A stretch of 64,000 bases of DNA from Patescibacteria group bacterium. Lineage in GTDB: Bacteria; Patescibacteriota; JABMPQ01. Both the position numbers and the translations under genes were made by a program. The stretch spans positions 18,462-82,461 of the forward strand of contig JBGTBM010000008.1 in NCBI GenBank assembly GCA_041749335.1, given 5' to 3'. Under the pieces are notes generated by a model. The model saw only the letters and a list, made by a program, of their open reading frames with translations, did no database searches and was not told where the DNA came from. This document shows positions 1-9,859 of the stretch, piece by piece; position 1 is the first letter of the stretch, and each line of letters opens with the position of its first letter.

Positions 1-407
1 AACAAAAAACCCTTGATGAATTTATCAAATATTACCAATACTTTTTTGAATTTCTCTACTGGGCCCCCATTATTTTTGTTTCTGCTAAATCTGGACAGAA
101 TATTGATATTATTTTGCCGATAATAAAAGATGTCTATAACCAAAGAAATAAAAAAATAGATCAAGCTGAATTGGATTTATTCATTAATAAGACCTATAAA
201 AAATCTCCGCCCCCCAAGCTTAATAAGAAAAAACCTCCCCAAATAATAAATTTTCTTCAAATAGCGACCAATCCTCCTGTATTTAAAATTATTATTGCGG
301 AAGGATATACCCTAAAATCTAACTATATTAAATTTATTGGAAAAGAATTGCGCAAGTCTTTTGGATTTGAAGGTACCGGAATTAAAATAATTATTAAACA
401 TCAATAA
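1..407 (+). CDS. der: GTPase Der (EngA), C-terminal KH-like domain; 5' partial, continues upstream of the window
   Basis: In-frame translation from position 3 gives ...FVSAKSGQNIDIILPII... and the ORF ends ...GTGIKIIIKHQ, typical of the Der C-terminus. It lies directly upstream of pth. Confidence 0.65.
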   Translation, partial: QKTLDEFIKYYQYFFEFLYWAPIIFVSAKSGQNIDIILPIIKDVYNQRNKKIDQAELDLFINKTYKKSPPPKLNKKKPPQIINFLQIATNPPVFKIIIAEGYTLKSNYIKFIGKELRKSFGFEGTGIKIIIKHQ

Positions 408-410
408 TAT

Positions 411-968
411 ATGAAAATTATTGCTGGTCTGGGCAATCCAGGATCTAAATATAAAAAAACTAGGCATAATGCGGGATTTATAATTATTGATAAATTATTA
501 GATGATTTACAGAAAAATAATTATCAATTTACTTCATTTAAATTTAGCAAAAATTACAATGCCGAGATATCAGCTGGCAATATTAATAAGCATAAAGTTT
601 TATTGGTAAAGCCTCAAACCTTTATGAACGATTCGGGTAGATCAATAAATAGTTTGATTGATTTTTTTAAAATATCTCCGGAAAATAATTTAATTGTTAT
701 TTATGACGATATTGATTTGCCACTGGGAGAAATTCGAACAACCGGCATAAGCTCCGGCGGACATAAAGGATTGCAATCAATTATTGATAATCTCAATACT
801 TCAAATCTTTCGCGTTTGAGAATTGGCATTTTAGGAAAACCCAAAGATAAAATTGGCAATACTGCGCAATATGTGCTTAAAAACTTTTCCCAAAAAGAAC
901 AAAAAGCAATTAACTTAATTTCTGATAAAATATTTATCGAAGTTATGAACTTTATTAAAATTAAATAA
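411..968 (+). CDS. pth: peptidyl-tRNA hydrolase
   Basis: N-terminus MKIIAGLGNPGSKYKKTRHNAGF is the canonical Pth signature; 185 aa. Confidence 0.9.
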   Translation: MKIIAGLGNPGSKYKKTRHNAGFIIIDKLLDDLQKNNYQFTSFKFSKNYNAEISAGNINKHKVLLVKPQTFMNDSGRSINSLIDFFKISPENNLIVIYDDIDLPLGEIRTTGISSGGHKGLQSIIDNLNTSNLSRLRIGILGKPKDKIGNTAQYVLKNFSQKEQKAINLISDKIFIEVMNFIKIK

Positions 969-1011
969 TTTCACTAAATATTGATTATTTTTTATTTTAC
1001 GATATGATTTT

Positions 1012-4000
1012 TTGGTAATAAATCCACTTTGCAATATAAATAATCCATTTTGCAGTTTAGACAAAACAACCAGTACTATTACTGAAACCTTAATTCATAA
1101 AAACAGTGCTACCATTGTTAATGTCGATAATTCTGCAAAACCATTAATTATTACAAGGCTGCTCGATACCCCCCTTAAATACAAGCAGTCTGTTTTTTTG
1201 TTTGTGAAGGATAAAAAAGAAGCACAAAGCGCTAAATTAGGATTATCCTTCTTTAATAATTTATGCCAGGTAAATTCAACCTCTCGTATTGTACCCATAA
1301 TTGATGAAGATAATGAAAAAATTGACGCAAAAATAAATTTAAATTCAATTCTTTATAATATTATTAAAAATAATATTGGTTCATTAATACTCCCCATCGA
1401 AGCTTGTATTCAACGGACTCCTTCTTTGGCCTCATTTTCAAAATATTTAATGCACTTTGAAATAAATGATTTGCTTAATATAAATATCCTTTCGCAAAAA
1501 CTTAGCAATATTGGTTTTGAACGGCAGGATTTTGCATCAGAGCGTGGAGTTTTTTCCATTAGAGGTGATGTAATCGATATTTTTCCCTTAAATTATAACA
1601 ATCCTATTAGAATAGAATTTTTTGGTGATAAAATTGAAGCAATATACACAATTAACCCAAAAAATAAAAACAAAATTCAAGACCTGAAGAATTGTGAAAT
1701 TGTTCCAGTAAATATTATGGACAAATCTTTTGGCAGCATCTTGGATTATATTGAATTCAGCCAAAACAATAACTCAAATCAGTTATATATTTTTAATGAA
1801 CCCGCAGAACTTAAAAATTCTTTGGAATTTATTGATCCAGCCGCCTGGACCAAGTTAATGAAGCTGGCTAATAATTTTTATAAAATATATTTTGAAGATC
1901 TTCCCGCTCGCAGCGACAATGTAATAAATTTTGATTTTATAAAATCGCCAATTTATTATTACAACTTAAATAAGTTTAGAGAAGAAATACAAAATAAAAT
2001 CAATGATAAATGGCAGGTTATTTTTATTACCAAAAATAAAGACAGCATTGCCGCCATAATTAAAATTGAATCTCCGCTAATTACTTATGTAATAAATAAT
2101 GAATACTCCAAATATTTAAATGGCTTTTTTTCAAATAAACAAAAAATACTACTAATAACAGATAAGGATATTTTTGGCGTAATAATTTCTAAAAATATTA
2201 AAAAGGACATAAAATTTATTTCTGAATTAAAATCGGGAGATTACATTGTACATTATGATCACGGCATTGGCAGATTTATTGGAATGACAAAAAGAAAAAT
2301 TGATGAAGGGATGAGGGAGTTTTTTGTTTTAGAATACGCCATGGGAGATAAATTATTTTTACCGGTAGAATATTCGGAAAAATTAACAAAATATATTGGC
2401 GTTGCTCATCCAAAAATACATCGACTGCATGAGGCCAGCTGGTCGATAATAAAAAATAAAATTAAAGATAAGGCAGAAACTATTGCCAAGGAGCTTATCG
2501 AAATTTACGCCCAAAGAGAAGCTAAAAAGGGCTATAAATTTTCGCCCGATAATCAGATTATGCATGATCTGTATTCATTATTCCCCTACCGGGAAACCAA
2601 GGACCAAACCAAGGTTTGGAGAGATGTTAAAAATGATATGGAAAAATCAAATCATGAAAAACCCATGGATAGATTGGTGTGTGGCGATGTCGGCTTTGGC
2701 AAAACAGAAATTGCAATTAGGGCCGCCGTAAAAGCCGTCCAAGACAAAAAGCAGGTTGCGCTGTTGTGTCCCACTACTATTTTATCCCAGCAACATTTTG
2801 ATACATTTATCAACCGCCTTAATAAATTTAATTTAAAAATTGATGTATTGTCTCGCTTTAAAACTCCCGGTCAACAAAAAATATCAATTGAGAAAATAAA
2901 AAACGGTGAGACCGATATTATTATTGGCACCCATAGGTTGCTTTCCCAAGACATTAAATTTAAAGATCTAGGACTTTTAATTATTGACGAGGAACAAAAA
3001 TTCGGAGTTAAGCATAAAGAAAGAATCAAGTCATTTAAGGCCAATGTTGATGTACTCACTTTGACCGCCACCCCTATCCCCCGTACATTAAATTTATCTT
3101 TATCCGGATTACGGGATATTAGTACCATTGAAACGCCTCCGGAAGGAAGGCAAACCGTTAAAACATTTATTCAAAGATATGGTAATGATATTATCCAAAG
3201 CGCGATCAAAAAAGAATTAGATCGAAGTGGACAAGTCTATTATTTGCATAACAAAGTATCAACCATACAAGCTGCGGCTAAAAAAATAAGGCTGATGTTT
3301 TCCCATGCGGTAATTGATATCGCCCATGGACAGCTGCCGGAAAACAAGCTGGCAGAAGTTATGCACCGTTTTGACAAAAATCAAATTAATATATTGGTCT
3401 GTTCTTCAATTGTCGAAAATGGATTAGATCTCCCCAATGTTAATACTTTAATTGTGGACCGCTCTACTAACTTTGGCCTATCGAGCCTTTATCAATTAAG
3501 GGGCCGCATTGGCAGATCCACACAAAAAGCTTATGCTTATTTTTTATATCAAGATACCGATCTCAAAGAACAGTCTAGAAAAAGACTGCGAGCGCTTTTG
3601 GAAGCAAAAGAGCTGGGTTCAGGATTTAAGTTGGCTCTACGAGATTTAGAAATAAGAGGAGTGGGTAATATTTTAGGCAAAGAACAATCCGGCAACGTTG
3701 CGGCTATTGGATTTAATTTATATTCCCGACTGTTAAATAAAGCGGCAAGAGAAATTTCCGCCGGGAAAATTGAAAAAGAATTTGATGTTAGCATAGATTT
3801 GCCATTATCTGCTTTTATTCCCGATAATTTTATCAATAATGACAAAAAGAAAATCTATGTTTATCAAGAAATAGCCGGCCTCGAAAATATAAAAGATTTA
3901 GAATCATATAAAATAAAGCTTGCCGATAAATATAATGCCGCTCGTTTACCGCAAGAACTAATTAATTTATTTCACATCATTGAAATAAAGATATTGTGCC

Positions 4001-4233
4001 GACAAGCCAATATCAAAAATCTTGATACAAAAATAATTACAAAGCCTACCGGAGAAATTTTAAAGAAATTTATTATTACGCCTGTGATAAAAACAGATTA
4101 TAACAAGGCAAAAATTTTATTAAATTTTAATCCTAACTGGGAAATATATGAAAACAATCTAAAAATCGAGATAGCAGATCTGGGAACAAAATGGATAGAT
4201 AATCTTAAATTAAGTTTAAAATTTTTAGCATAA
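1012..4233 (+). CDS. mfd: transcription-repair coupling factor Mfd (TTG start)
   Basis: 1073 aa with helicase motifs GDVGFGKTEIAIRAA, DEEQ and LTLTATPIPRTL, plus a TRCF C-terminal region. Canonical pth-mfd synteny. Confidence 0.9.
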   Translation: MVINPLCNINNPFCSLDKTTSTITETLIHKNSATIVNVDNSAKPLIITRLLDTPLKYKQSVFLFVKDKKEAQSAKLGLSFFNNLCQVNSTSRIVPIIDEDNEKIDAKINLNSILYNIIKNNIGSLILPIEACIQRTPSLASFSKYLMHFEINDLLNINILSQKLSNIGFERQDFASERGVFSIRGDVIDIFPLNYNNPIRIEFFGDKIEAIYTINPKNKNKIQDLKNCEIVPVNIMDKSFGSILDYIEFSQNNNSNQLYIFNEPAELKNSLEFIDPAAWTKLMKLANNFYKIYFEDLPARSDNVINFDFIKSPIYYYNLNKFREEIQNKINDKWQVIFITKNKDSIAAIIKIESPLITYVINNEYSKYLNGFFSNKQKILLITDKDIFGVIISKNIKKDIKFISELKSGDYIVHYDHGIGRFIGMTKRKIDEGMREFFVLEYAMGDKLFLPVEYSEKLTKYIGVAHPKIHRLHEASWSIIKNKIKDKAETIAKELIEIYAQREAKKGYKFSPDNQIMHDLYSLFPYRETKDQTKVWRDVKNDMEKSNHEKPMDRLVCGDVGFGKTEIAIRAAVKAVQDKKQVALLCPTTILSQQHFDTFINRLNKFNLKIDVLSRFKTPGQQKISIEKIKNGETDIIIGTHRLLSQDIKFKDLGLLIIDEEQKFGVKHKERIKSFKANVDVLTLTATPIPRTLNLSLSGLRDISTIETPPEGRQTVKTFIQRYGNDIIQSAIKKELDRSGQVYYLHNKVSTIQAAAKKIRLMFSHAVIDIAHGQLPENKLAEVMHRFDKNQINILVCSSIVENGLDLPNVNTLIVDRSTNFGLSSLYQLRGRIGRSTQKAYAYFLYQDTDLKEQSRKRLRALLEAKELGSGFKLALRDLEIRGVGNILGKEQSGNVAAIGFNLYSRLLNKAAREISAGKIEKEFDVSIDLPLSAFIPDNFINNDKKKIYVYQEIAGLENIKDLESYKIKLADKYNAARLPQELINLFHIIEIKILCRQANIKNLDTKIITKPTGEILKKFIITPVIKTDYNKAKILLNFNPNWEIYENNLKIEIADLGTKWIDNLKLSLKFLA

Positions 4234-4259
4234 AAAAAGAGCTCTCTTTTGAGAGCTCT
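4232..4259 (-). terminator. rho-independent terminator hairpin in the mfd/leuS convergent gap
   Basis: Perfect 9-bp stem agagctctc/gagagctct with loop tttt. An A6 run on the plus strand gives a T-run after the hairpin on the minus strand. Confidence 0.45.
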
Positions 4260-4500
4260 GGCCTGTATATCTCTTGGATACACAGGGCTAAGCTACGAAC
4301 CTCCGCAACAATGAGCGACGCGTGGAATCATGAACCGCTTCATGTCTCTCCTCCTTTCTTTTTGCCGATTCCATACAATTGGCGAAAACATTTAAGTTGA
4401 TTTTAATATCCCCTGCTAATATTTTTTAACAGCCAAATGCAACCCAAAAAACATAATCCGATAATGAGTATATTTAGGGCTATTAATTTATCAGGCGATT

Positions 4501-7461
4501 TTAAACAACTAAATTTAAGACCTTGTCCGGTACAAATATTACTTTTTTAATTTCTTGGCGATTAATAAAATTTTTTACTTTGTTGCTTTGTTCGGCCAAT
4601 TTGACTGCATTTTCTTGAGAAATTCCTCTGTTAATCTTGATAGTGTCCCGTACTCTGCCATTTACTTGAATAATTAAATTTATTTGCTCTTCGGAAAGAA
4701 TTTTTGAATTATATTTAGGCCAATTTTCTTTCAAAATACTTTCTTGATTACCAATTTTTTCCCAAAGCTCTTCTGCCATGTGCGGCGCAAACGGTGATAG
4801 TAAAATTAAAAATATTTTCATAGCTCCGACCGGCAGCTTTTCTTGTTGGCTAGCCTGGTTAATAAAGATCATCATTTGAGAAATGGCCGTATTAAAATTC
4901 ATATTTTCAATATCTTCGCCTACCTTTTTAATCGTCTGATGCAAAAGAATTGATAAACTTTTGTTTACTCTGGCGCAGCTCCCGCCGCACTTAATCATTT
5001 CTTTTTCCTGATAAACAACCCATATCTTTTCTAAAAATCTTCTGATGCCCTTTATGCCATCCATACTCCAAGGTATCGCTTCCGAAAAAGGACCCATAAA
5101 TAATTCGTAAAGTCGCAGGGTATCCGCGCCCCCGCCTTCTTCATTTTGCACAATCTCGTCAGGATTGATTACGTTGCCAAAAGACTTGCTCATCTTGCGT
5201 CCGTCTTCGGCGAGAACCATTCCATGAGAAGTACGTCGAGCATATGGTTCCGGAGTACCCACTAATCCTTGATCATATAAAAATTTGTGCCAAAAGCGGG
5301 AATATAAAAGATGCAATGTGGTGTGTTCCATGCCGCCATTATATAAATCCACCGGCATCCAGTATTGCATTTTCCGCTCATCCGCAAAAGCTTTGAGATT
5401 TTTGGGATCGCAATATCTTAAAAAATACCAGCTCGATCCCGCCCAATTAGGCATTGTGTCAGTTTCTCTTTTCGCATCTGAACCGCATCGCGGACATTTA
5501 ACTTTAACCCAATCTTTAATAGTAGCCAAGGGTGATTCTCCGGTATCGGTTGGTTCGTAATTTTTTACATCCGGCAAACGAACCGGCAGATCTTTTTGCG
5601 GAACGGGTACGGTGCCACAAGTTTCACAATGAATTATAGGTATCGGCTCCCCCCAATAATGCTGCCGTGAAAATATCCAATCTCTCAACTTATAATTAAT
5701 CGCTTTGCGGCCATAGTTATTTTTTTCCAGCCATTGAGTTATTTTCTTTTTAGCAGCGAAAGTTTCAAGACCGTCAATAATTTTAGAATTAACGGCTATT
5801 CCCTCTCCGGCGAAAGCTTTATCTTTTGAAGCAACCTTGGATTGCACCACTGTTTTAATTTTCTGCTTATATTTTTTGGCAAAATCCCAATCTCGCTGAT
5901 CGTGCCCCGGCACTGCCATAATCGCACCGGTACCATAAGTGCTCAAAACATAATCTGCCACAAAAACCGAAATCTTTTCTCCGTTTACCGGATTAACAGC
6001 CTTAAATCCCCTTATCTCTACCCCTGTTTTTTCTTTCTGCAATTCGGTTCTTTCTAAATCTGATTTTGTTTTCGCTTTTTTAACATATTTTTCCACCTCT
6101 GAATAATTAGTAATCCGCACTTGATAGTTTTTTATAATTTCATGTTCGGGAGCCACTACCATATAAGTTGCGCCATAGAGCGTATCCGGACGAGTAGTAA
6201 ATATCTTAAGCTGTTCCAAACTGTGTTCTAAGACCAGCGGCTCTAATTTTCCTAAAAAATGTTTAGCTGTTCCCGTTCCGTCGATTATCTTTCCTCCAAT
6301 CGCATCCTTGATCTTATCCGCCTGCTCCGATGGTATCTTATGATCTTTTATATCCCGCAAAATCCTAATTTTAATTATCTTTTTGCAGATTTTTTCAAAA
6401 TTATATCGCCAGTTAAAAGTTTTTACAAAAGGCCTTTTGTGATTATCTAAAAATTCCGGAGTGACAAATCCTCCCACCGATACATATTTATAAATCGGCC
6501 GCTTTAAGCCTTCAAGCACTTTCATTGCTACCACCGACCCCAGACTATGCGCTATCAAAATAGTATTTTCGTCAAATTTTACATTTTTTTTCACGAACTC
6601 AATTTGTTCCAAAATATCAGGATTGTTAGTGTTGGGAAGCTGGGGAATTTGAACCCGGTGCCCTCTTTTTTCCAGTTCAGCTTTTAGCCAGCAGTAAAAA
6701 GAATTTTCCTTAGTCGCGCCATAACCGTGTAAAATTACATAATTAAATTTCTGATCAATTTCAAAATTAACTTCCGCCCCTTCGGATCTGCCAATCCAAT
6801 TTATCTGCTGCGCCTTAATCTTCTCTAGATAATCAACTGTGTCTAAATCATCTACTAGGCGGTCAGCATAAGCAGTTATTTTAAGCATCCACTGTTCCTT
6901 TTCTCGCTTTTCTACTTCTCCCTGGCACCGTTCACACCGTCCGTCTACCACCTCTTCGTTGGCCAACACTATTTTACAACTGCGGCACCAATTAACCGGC
7001 ATTTTATGTTTATAAGCCAATCCTTGCTCAAAAAATTTCAAAAATATCCATTGTGTCCATTGGTAATAATCAGGATCAGTGGTATCGATTTCCCGCGACC
7101 AATCATAAGATATCCCCAATGATTTTAACTGCTTTTTAAAAATCGCAATATTTTTTTGGGTAGCGATCTTGGGATGAATTTTGTGTTTAATCGCATAATT
7201 TTCCGTAGGTAAACCAAAAGCGTCCCACCCGATTGGATACATAACATTGAATCCCCGCAGGCGGTACATCCGAGCCATCACATCCAGAGCAGTATAAGAC
7301 CGCACATGGCCGACATGCAGACCTGCTCCCGAAGGATAAGGAAATTCAACCAATATATATTTCTTGGGTTTTTTAGAATAATCCTCAGCGACAAACACAT
7401 TATCTTTTTCCCATTGCTTTTGCCATTTAACTTCAATTTTTTGAGGACAATATTTTTGCAT
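4501..7461 (-). CDS. leuS: leucyl-tRNA synthetase carrying an inserted alpha/beta-hydrolase-like domain
   Basis: HIGH-type motif PYPSGAGLHVGHVRSY and KMSKS are present. Editing-domain motifs TTRPDTLYGATYMVVAPEH and GTGAIMAVPGHDQRDWDFA are intact. Real start is probably MQKYCPQ at 7461; the 48-nt N-terminal extension in the ORF track is rejected. Confidence 0.9.
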   Translation of the reverse strand: MQKYCPQKIEVKWQKQWEKDNVFVAEDYSKKPKKYILVEFPYPSGAGLHVGHVRSYTALDVMARMYRLRGFNVMYPIGWDAFGLPTENYAIKHKIHPKIATQKNIAIFKKQLKSLGISYDWSREIDTTDPDYYQWTQWIFLKFFEQGLAYKHKMPVNWCRSCKIVLANEEVVDGRCERCQGEVEKREKEQWMLKITAYADRLVDDLDTVDYLEKIKAQQINWIGRSEGAEVNFEIDQKFNYVILHGYGATKENSFYCWLKAELEKRGHRVQIPQLPNTNNPDILEQIEFVKKNVKFDENTILIAHSLGSVVAMKVLEGLKRPIYKYVSVGGFVTPEFLDNHKRPFVKTFNWRYNFEKICKKIIKIRILRDIKDHKIPSEQADKIKDAIGGKIIDGTGTAKHFLGKLEPLVLEHSLEQLKIFTTRPDTLYGATYMVVAPEHEIIKNYQVRITNYSEVEKYVKKAKTKSDLERTELQKEKTGVEIRGFKAVNPVNGEKISVFVADYVLSTYGTGAIMAVPGHDQRDWDFAKKYKQKIKTVVQSKVASKDKAFAGEGIAVNSKIIDGLETFAAKKKITQWLEKNNYGRKAINYKLRDWIFSRQHYWGEPIPIIHCETCGTVPVPQKDLPVRLPDVKNYEPTDTGESPLATIKDWVKVKCPRCGSDAKRETDTMPNWAGSSWYFLRYCDPKNLKAFADERKMQYWMPVDLYNGGMEHTTLHLLYSRFWHKFLYDQGLVGTPEPYARRTSHGMVLAEDGRKMSKSFGNVINPDEIVQNEEGGGADTLRLYELFMGPFSEAIPWSMDGIKGIRRFLEKIWVVYQEKEMIKCGGSCARVNKSLSILLHQTIKKVGEDIENMNFNTAISQMMIFINQASQQEKLPVGAMKIFLILLSPFAPHMAEELWEKIGNQESILKENWPKYNSKILSEEQINLIIQVNGRVRDTIKINRGISQENAVKLAEQSNKVKNFINRQEIKKVIFVPDKVLNLVV

Positions 7462-7555
7462 TTTTTTTCTTAGTTTTCGCTTCCTGATCACATTCAATTG
7501 TAAAATCATCTCGCCAATATTTTTAAAAAACTCATTTCAACTAAAATCACGGCAT

Positions 7556-8323
7556 TTATATATGATATAATTCTTCCGCGTTTTCAGTCGTCGCCATCTC
7601 AATTTCATTTAATCCCATTTCTTTAAGTGAAGCAATTTTTTCCGCTACCTGTCGGACATAAGCCGGCTCGTTTCTTTTTCCCCGATAAGGCTCCGGCGCT
7701 AAATAAGGCGCATCGGTTTCCACCATTATTCTCTCAATTGGAACTTCCCGAATGACATTTATCACCTCGCCTGCGTTTTTAAAGGTTATAACTCCCGTAA
7801 AAGACAAATAAAATCCTAGCTCTAAATAACGCCGCGCGGCTTCTTTGGTTCCTAAAAAACAATGCGACACTCCTCGATTAATTCTATCTTTTTTAAGAAT
7901 ATCAAGCATATCTTCATAAGCATCCCGGCAATGCAGAATCACTGGTTTATCTAGTTCCTTGGCAATGTCCAATTGGGCGCGAAACACTTTTTTTTGAATA
8001 CTTTTATCGCTTTCTTTTTGTAAATGAAAATAGTCAAGCCCAATTTCTCCCAAAGCCACCGCCTTCGGATCTTTCGCCCATTGATAAATCATCTGGCACA
8101 CTTCCTTAATACCCTTTTTAGCGCTGTCGTGCGGATGCACCCCCACAGAAGCGTAAATATTATCATATTTATGGGCTAGATCTACTGACGCCTGCGAGCG
8201 TTCGCAATTACATCCAACGTTTATTATTTTTTCCACGCCATTAGAAAACGCGCGCCGAATAACTTGCTCGCGATCTTTATCAAACTCTTCAAAATCCAGA
8301 TGGGCGTGTGTATCGATTAACAT
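7556..8323 (-). CDS. tatD: TatD-family metal-dependent DNase/hydrolase
   Basis: MLIDTHAHLDFEEF start, HxH and downstream His/Asp pattern, 255 aa; typical position next to metG. Confidence 0.85.
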   Translation of the reverse strand: MLIDTHAHLDFEEFDKDREQVIRRAFSNGVEKIINVGCNCERSQASVDLAHKYDNIYASVGVHPHDSAKKGIKEVCQMIYQWAKDPKAVALGEIGLDYFHLQKESDKSIQKKVFRAQLDIAKELDKPVILHCRDAYEDMLDILKKDRINRGVSHCFLGTKEAARRYLELGFYLSFTGVITFKNAGEVINVIREVPIERIMVETDAPYLAPEPYRGKRNEPAYVRQVAEKIASLKEMGLNEIEMATTENAEELYHI

Positions 8324-8330
8324 TTAATTT

Positions 8331-9824
8331 TTAGGTATTTTTAGGAAATAAAATCTCACCGGTTTTAATCTGAAACATATCAAGTAGTTTCCATTTTGTA
8401 AGCTCTTTAAATTTCATTGCTTTCTCGTCCTCTAAAACTCCTAATTGTTTTAAAATCTTGTCAGCTGTTTCCGGAAGATATGGATAAATCATCCAGGCGA
8501 TATGGCGCAGACACTCAGTTAAGCCCTGCATTGTAATTTCAAAATCTTGTTGGTTTTTCTTTCTTAATTCCCAAGGCTTAGTTTCATCAATATGCTTATT
8601 TAAATAATTAATTAAACTCTTGACTACTCCTAAAGCGCTATCAATTCTAAATTTTTCCATTTCATTTTGATATTTATTCCACGATTCTTCAATTTTAGCT
8701 TTTAATTCTTTATTATAAGTTTTTTGTTTTTTAATGCCTTGTGCTAATTTTACTACCCGGCTGACTAAGTTTCCCAAATTATTGGCTAGTTCAGCGATAT
8801 ATTGCTCTTCAAATTTTTCTGCCTTGATGTCTCCATCAGCTCCAAAGGGAAACTGCGCTAAAATTAAATATCTAGCGCCATCCGATCCAAATTTTTTTAC
8901 CAAATCATTGGGATCTATAACATTGCCAACGCTCTTGCTCATCTTTTGCCCATCGATAGTAAAAAATCCATGAACGTAAATATTTTGAGGCAGCTTAAGC
9001 CCAGCGGCCAGCAGCAGCGCCGGCCAATAAATCGCGTGAAATTTTAAAATATCCTTGCCGATCAGGTGTAGGTCTACCGGCCAATATTTTTTAAAGTTTT
9101 TTTCTTCTCCGGCAAAGCCTAGCGCCGTTATATAATTCTGTAAAGCTTCCACCCAGACATAAAAAACTTGTGATTCATCAAAGGGAATTTTTATGCCCCA
9201 TTTAACCTTTTCCCGCGAAATGGAAAAATTTTCTAATTTTTGCTGGAATAAACCCAATACCTCCTTTTTTGCCGAAGCTGGCAAAATATTTATTTCGTCG
9301 CGCTCTATTTTATTTTTTACTTTGTTTAAATATTTATCTAACTTAAAAAAATAATTTTTTTCAGTTATTTTCTCCGGTTCTATTTTATGATCTGGGCATT
9401 GTCCGTTAACCAGCTCCTTCTCGGTAATAAATTTTTCGCACCCAACGCAATATAGGCCGACATATTTATCCTCATATATATCGCCTTGATCTTTTAAAAT
9501 CTGAATAAATTTAAGCACGCCTTTTTTATGTTGATCCGAGGTTGTTCGATAAAATAAATTATGGGAAATATTTAACGCATCCCAAGCTTCTTCAAATCTG
9601 GCCGACATTTCATCGGTAAAAGCCTGGGGATCTTGATTGGCTTCTTGCGCCGATTGTGCAACTTTAGCGCCATGCTCGTCAGTGCCGGTTAAAAAAAACA
9701 CCTCTTGCCCTTTGAGCCGATGGTAGCGCGCTAAAACATCCGCGGCAATCATCGTGTAGGCATGTCCGATATGCGGCGTGCTATTTACATAATAAATTGG
9801 CGTTGTCACATAGAATTTATCCAT
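8331..9824 (-). CDS. metG: methionyl-tRNA synthetase (short form, no C-terminal tRNA-binding extension)
   Basis: PHIGHAYTMIAADVLARY (HIGH), KMSKSVGNVI (KMSKS), zinc knuckle CVGCEKF..CPDHK. Confidence 0.9.
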   Translation of the reverse strand: MDKFYVTTPIYYVNSTPHIGHAYTMIAADVLARYHRLKGQEVFFLTGTDEHGAKVAQSAQEANQDPQAFTDEMSARFEEAWDALNISHNLFYRTTSDQHKKGVLKFIQILKDQGDIYEDKYVGLYCVGCEKFITEKELVNGQCPDHKIEPEKITEKNYFFKLDKYLNKVKNKIERDEINILPASAKKEVLGLFQQKLENFSISREKVKWGIKIPFDESQVFYVWVEALQNYITALGFAGEEKNFKKYWPVDLHLIGKDILKFHAIYWPALLLAAGLKLPQNIYVHGFFTIDGQKMSKSVGNVIDPNDLVKKFGSDGARYLILAQFPFGADGDIKAEKFEEQYIAELANNLGNLVSRVVKLAQGIKKQKTYNKELKAKIEESWNKYQNEMEKFRIDSALGVVKSLINYLNKHIDETKPWELRKKNQQDFEITMQGLTECLRHIAWMIYPYLPETADKILKQLGVLEDEKAMKFKELTKWKLLDMFQIKTGEILFPKNT

Positions 9825-9859
9825 AAATATTAAATATTATTAGAATTTTTTACGATTAA

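Noticed and set aside
1095-1298. Minus-strand 67-aa ORF inside mfd, and similar short antisense ORFs inside leuS (5285-5560, 5842-6057, 6259-6450), ileS, argS, glyQS, the kinase and others
   Set aside because: All lie antisense within long, motif-supported genes and lack SD sequences, so they are ordinary antisense-frame noise.
6211-6759. Intein in LeuRS
   Set aside because: The insert lacks the N-terminal Cys/Ser and the C-terminal His-Asn-(Cys/Ser/Thr) splice junction. It carries a serine-hydrolase nucleophile-elbow motif instead, so it is treated as a fused domain and not a protein-splicing element.
7462-7509. N-terminal 16-codon extension of the leuS ORF (MILQLNVIRKRKLRKK)
   Set aside because: The conserved LeuRS N-terminus begins at MQKYCPQ (ATG at 7461). 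The extension is basic and unconserved and reflects the ORF caller's longest-ORF rule.
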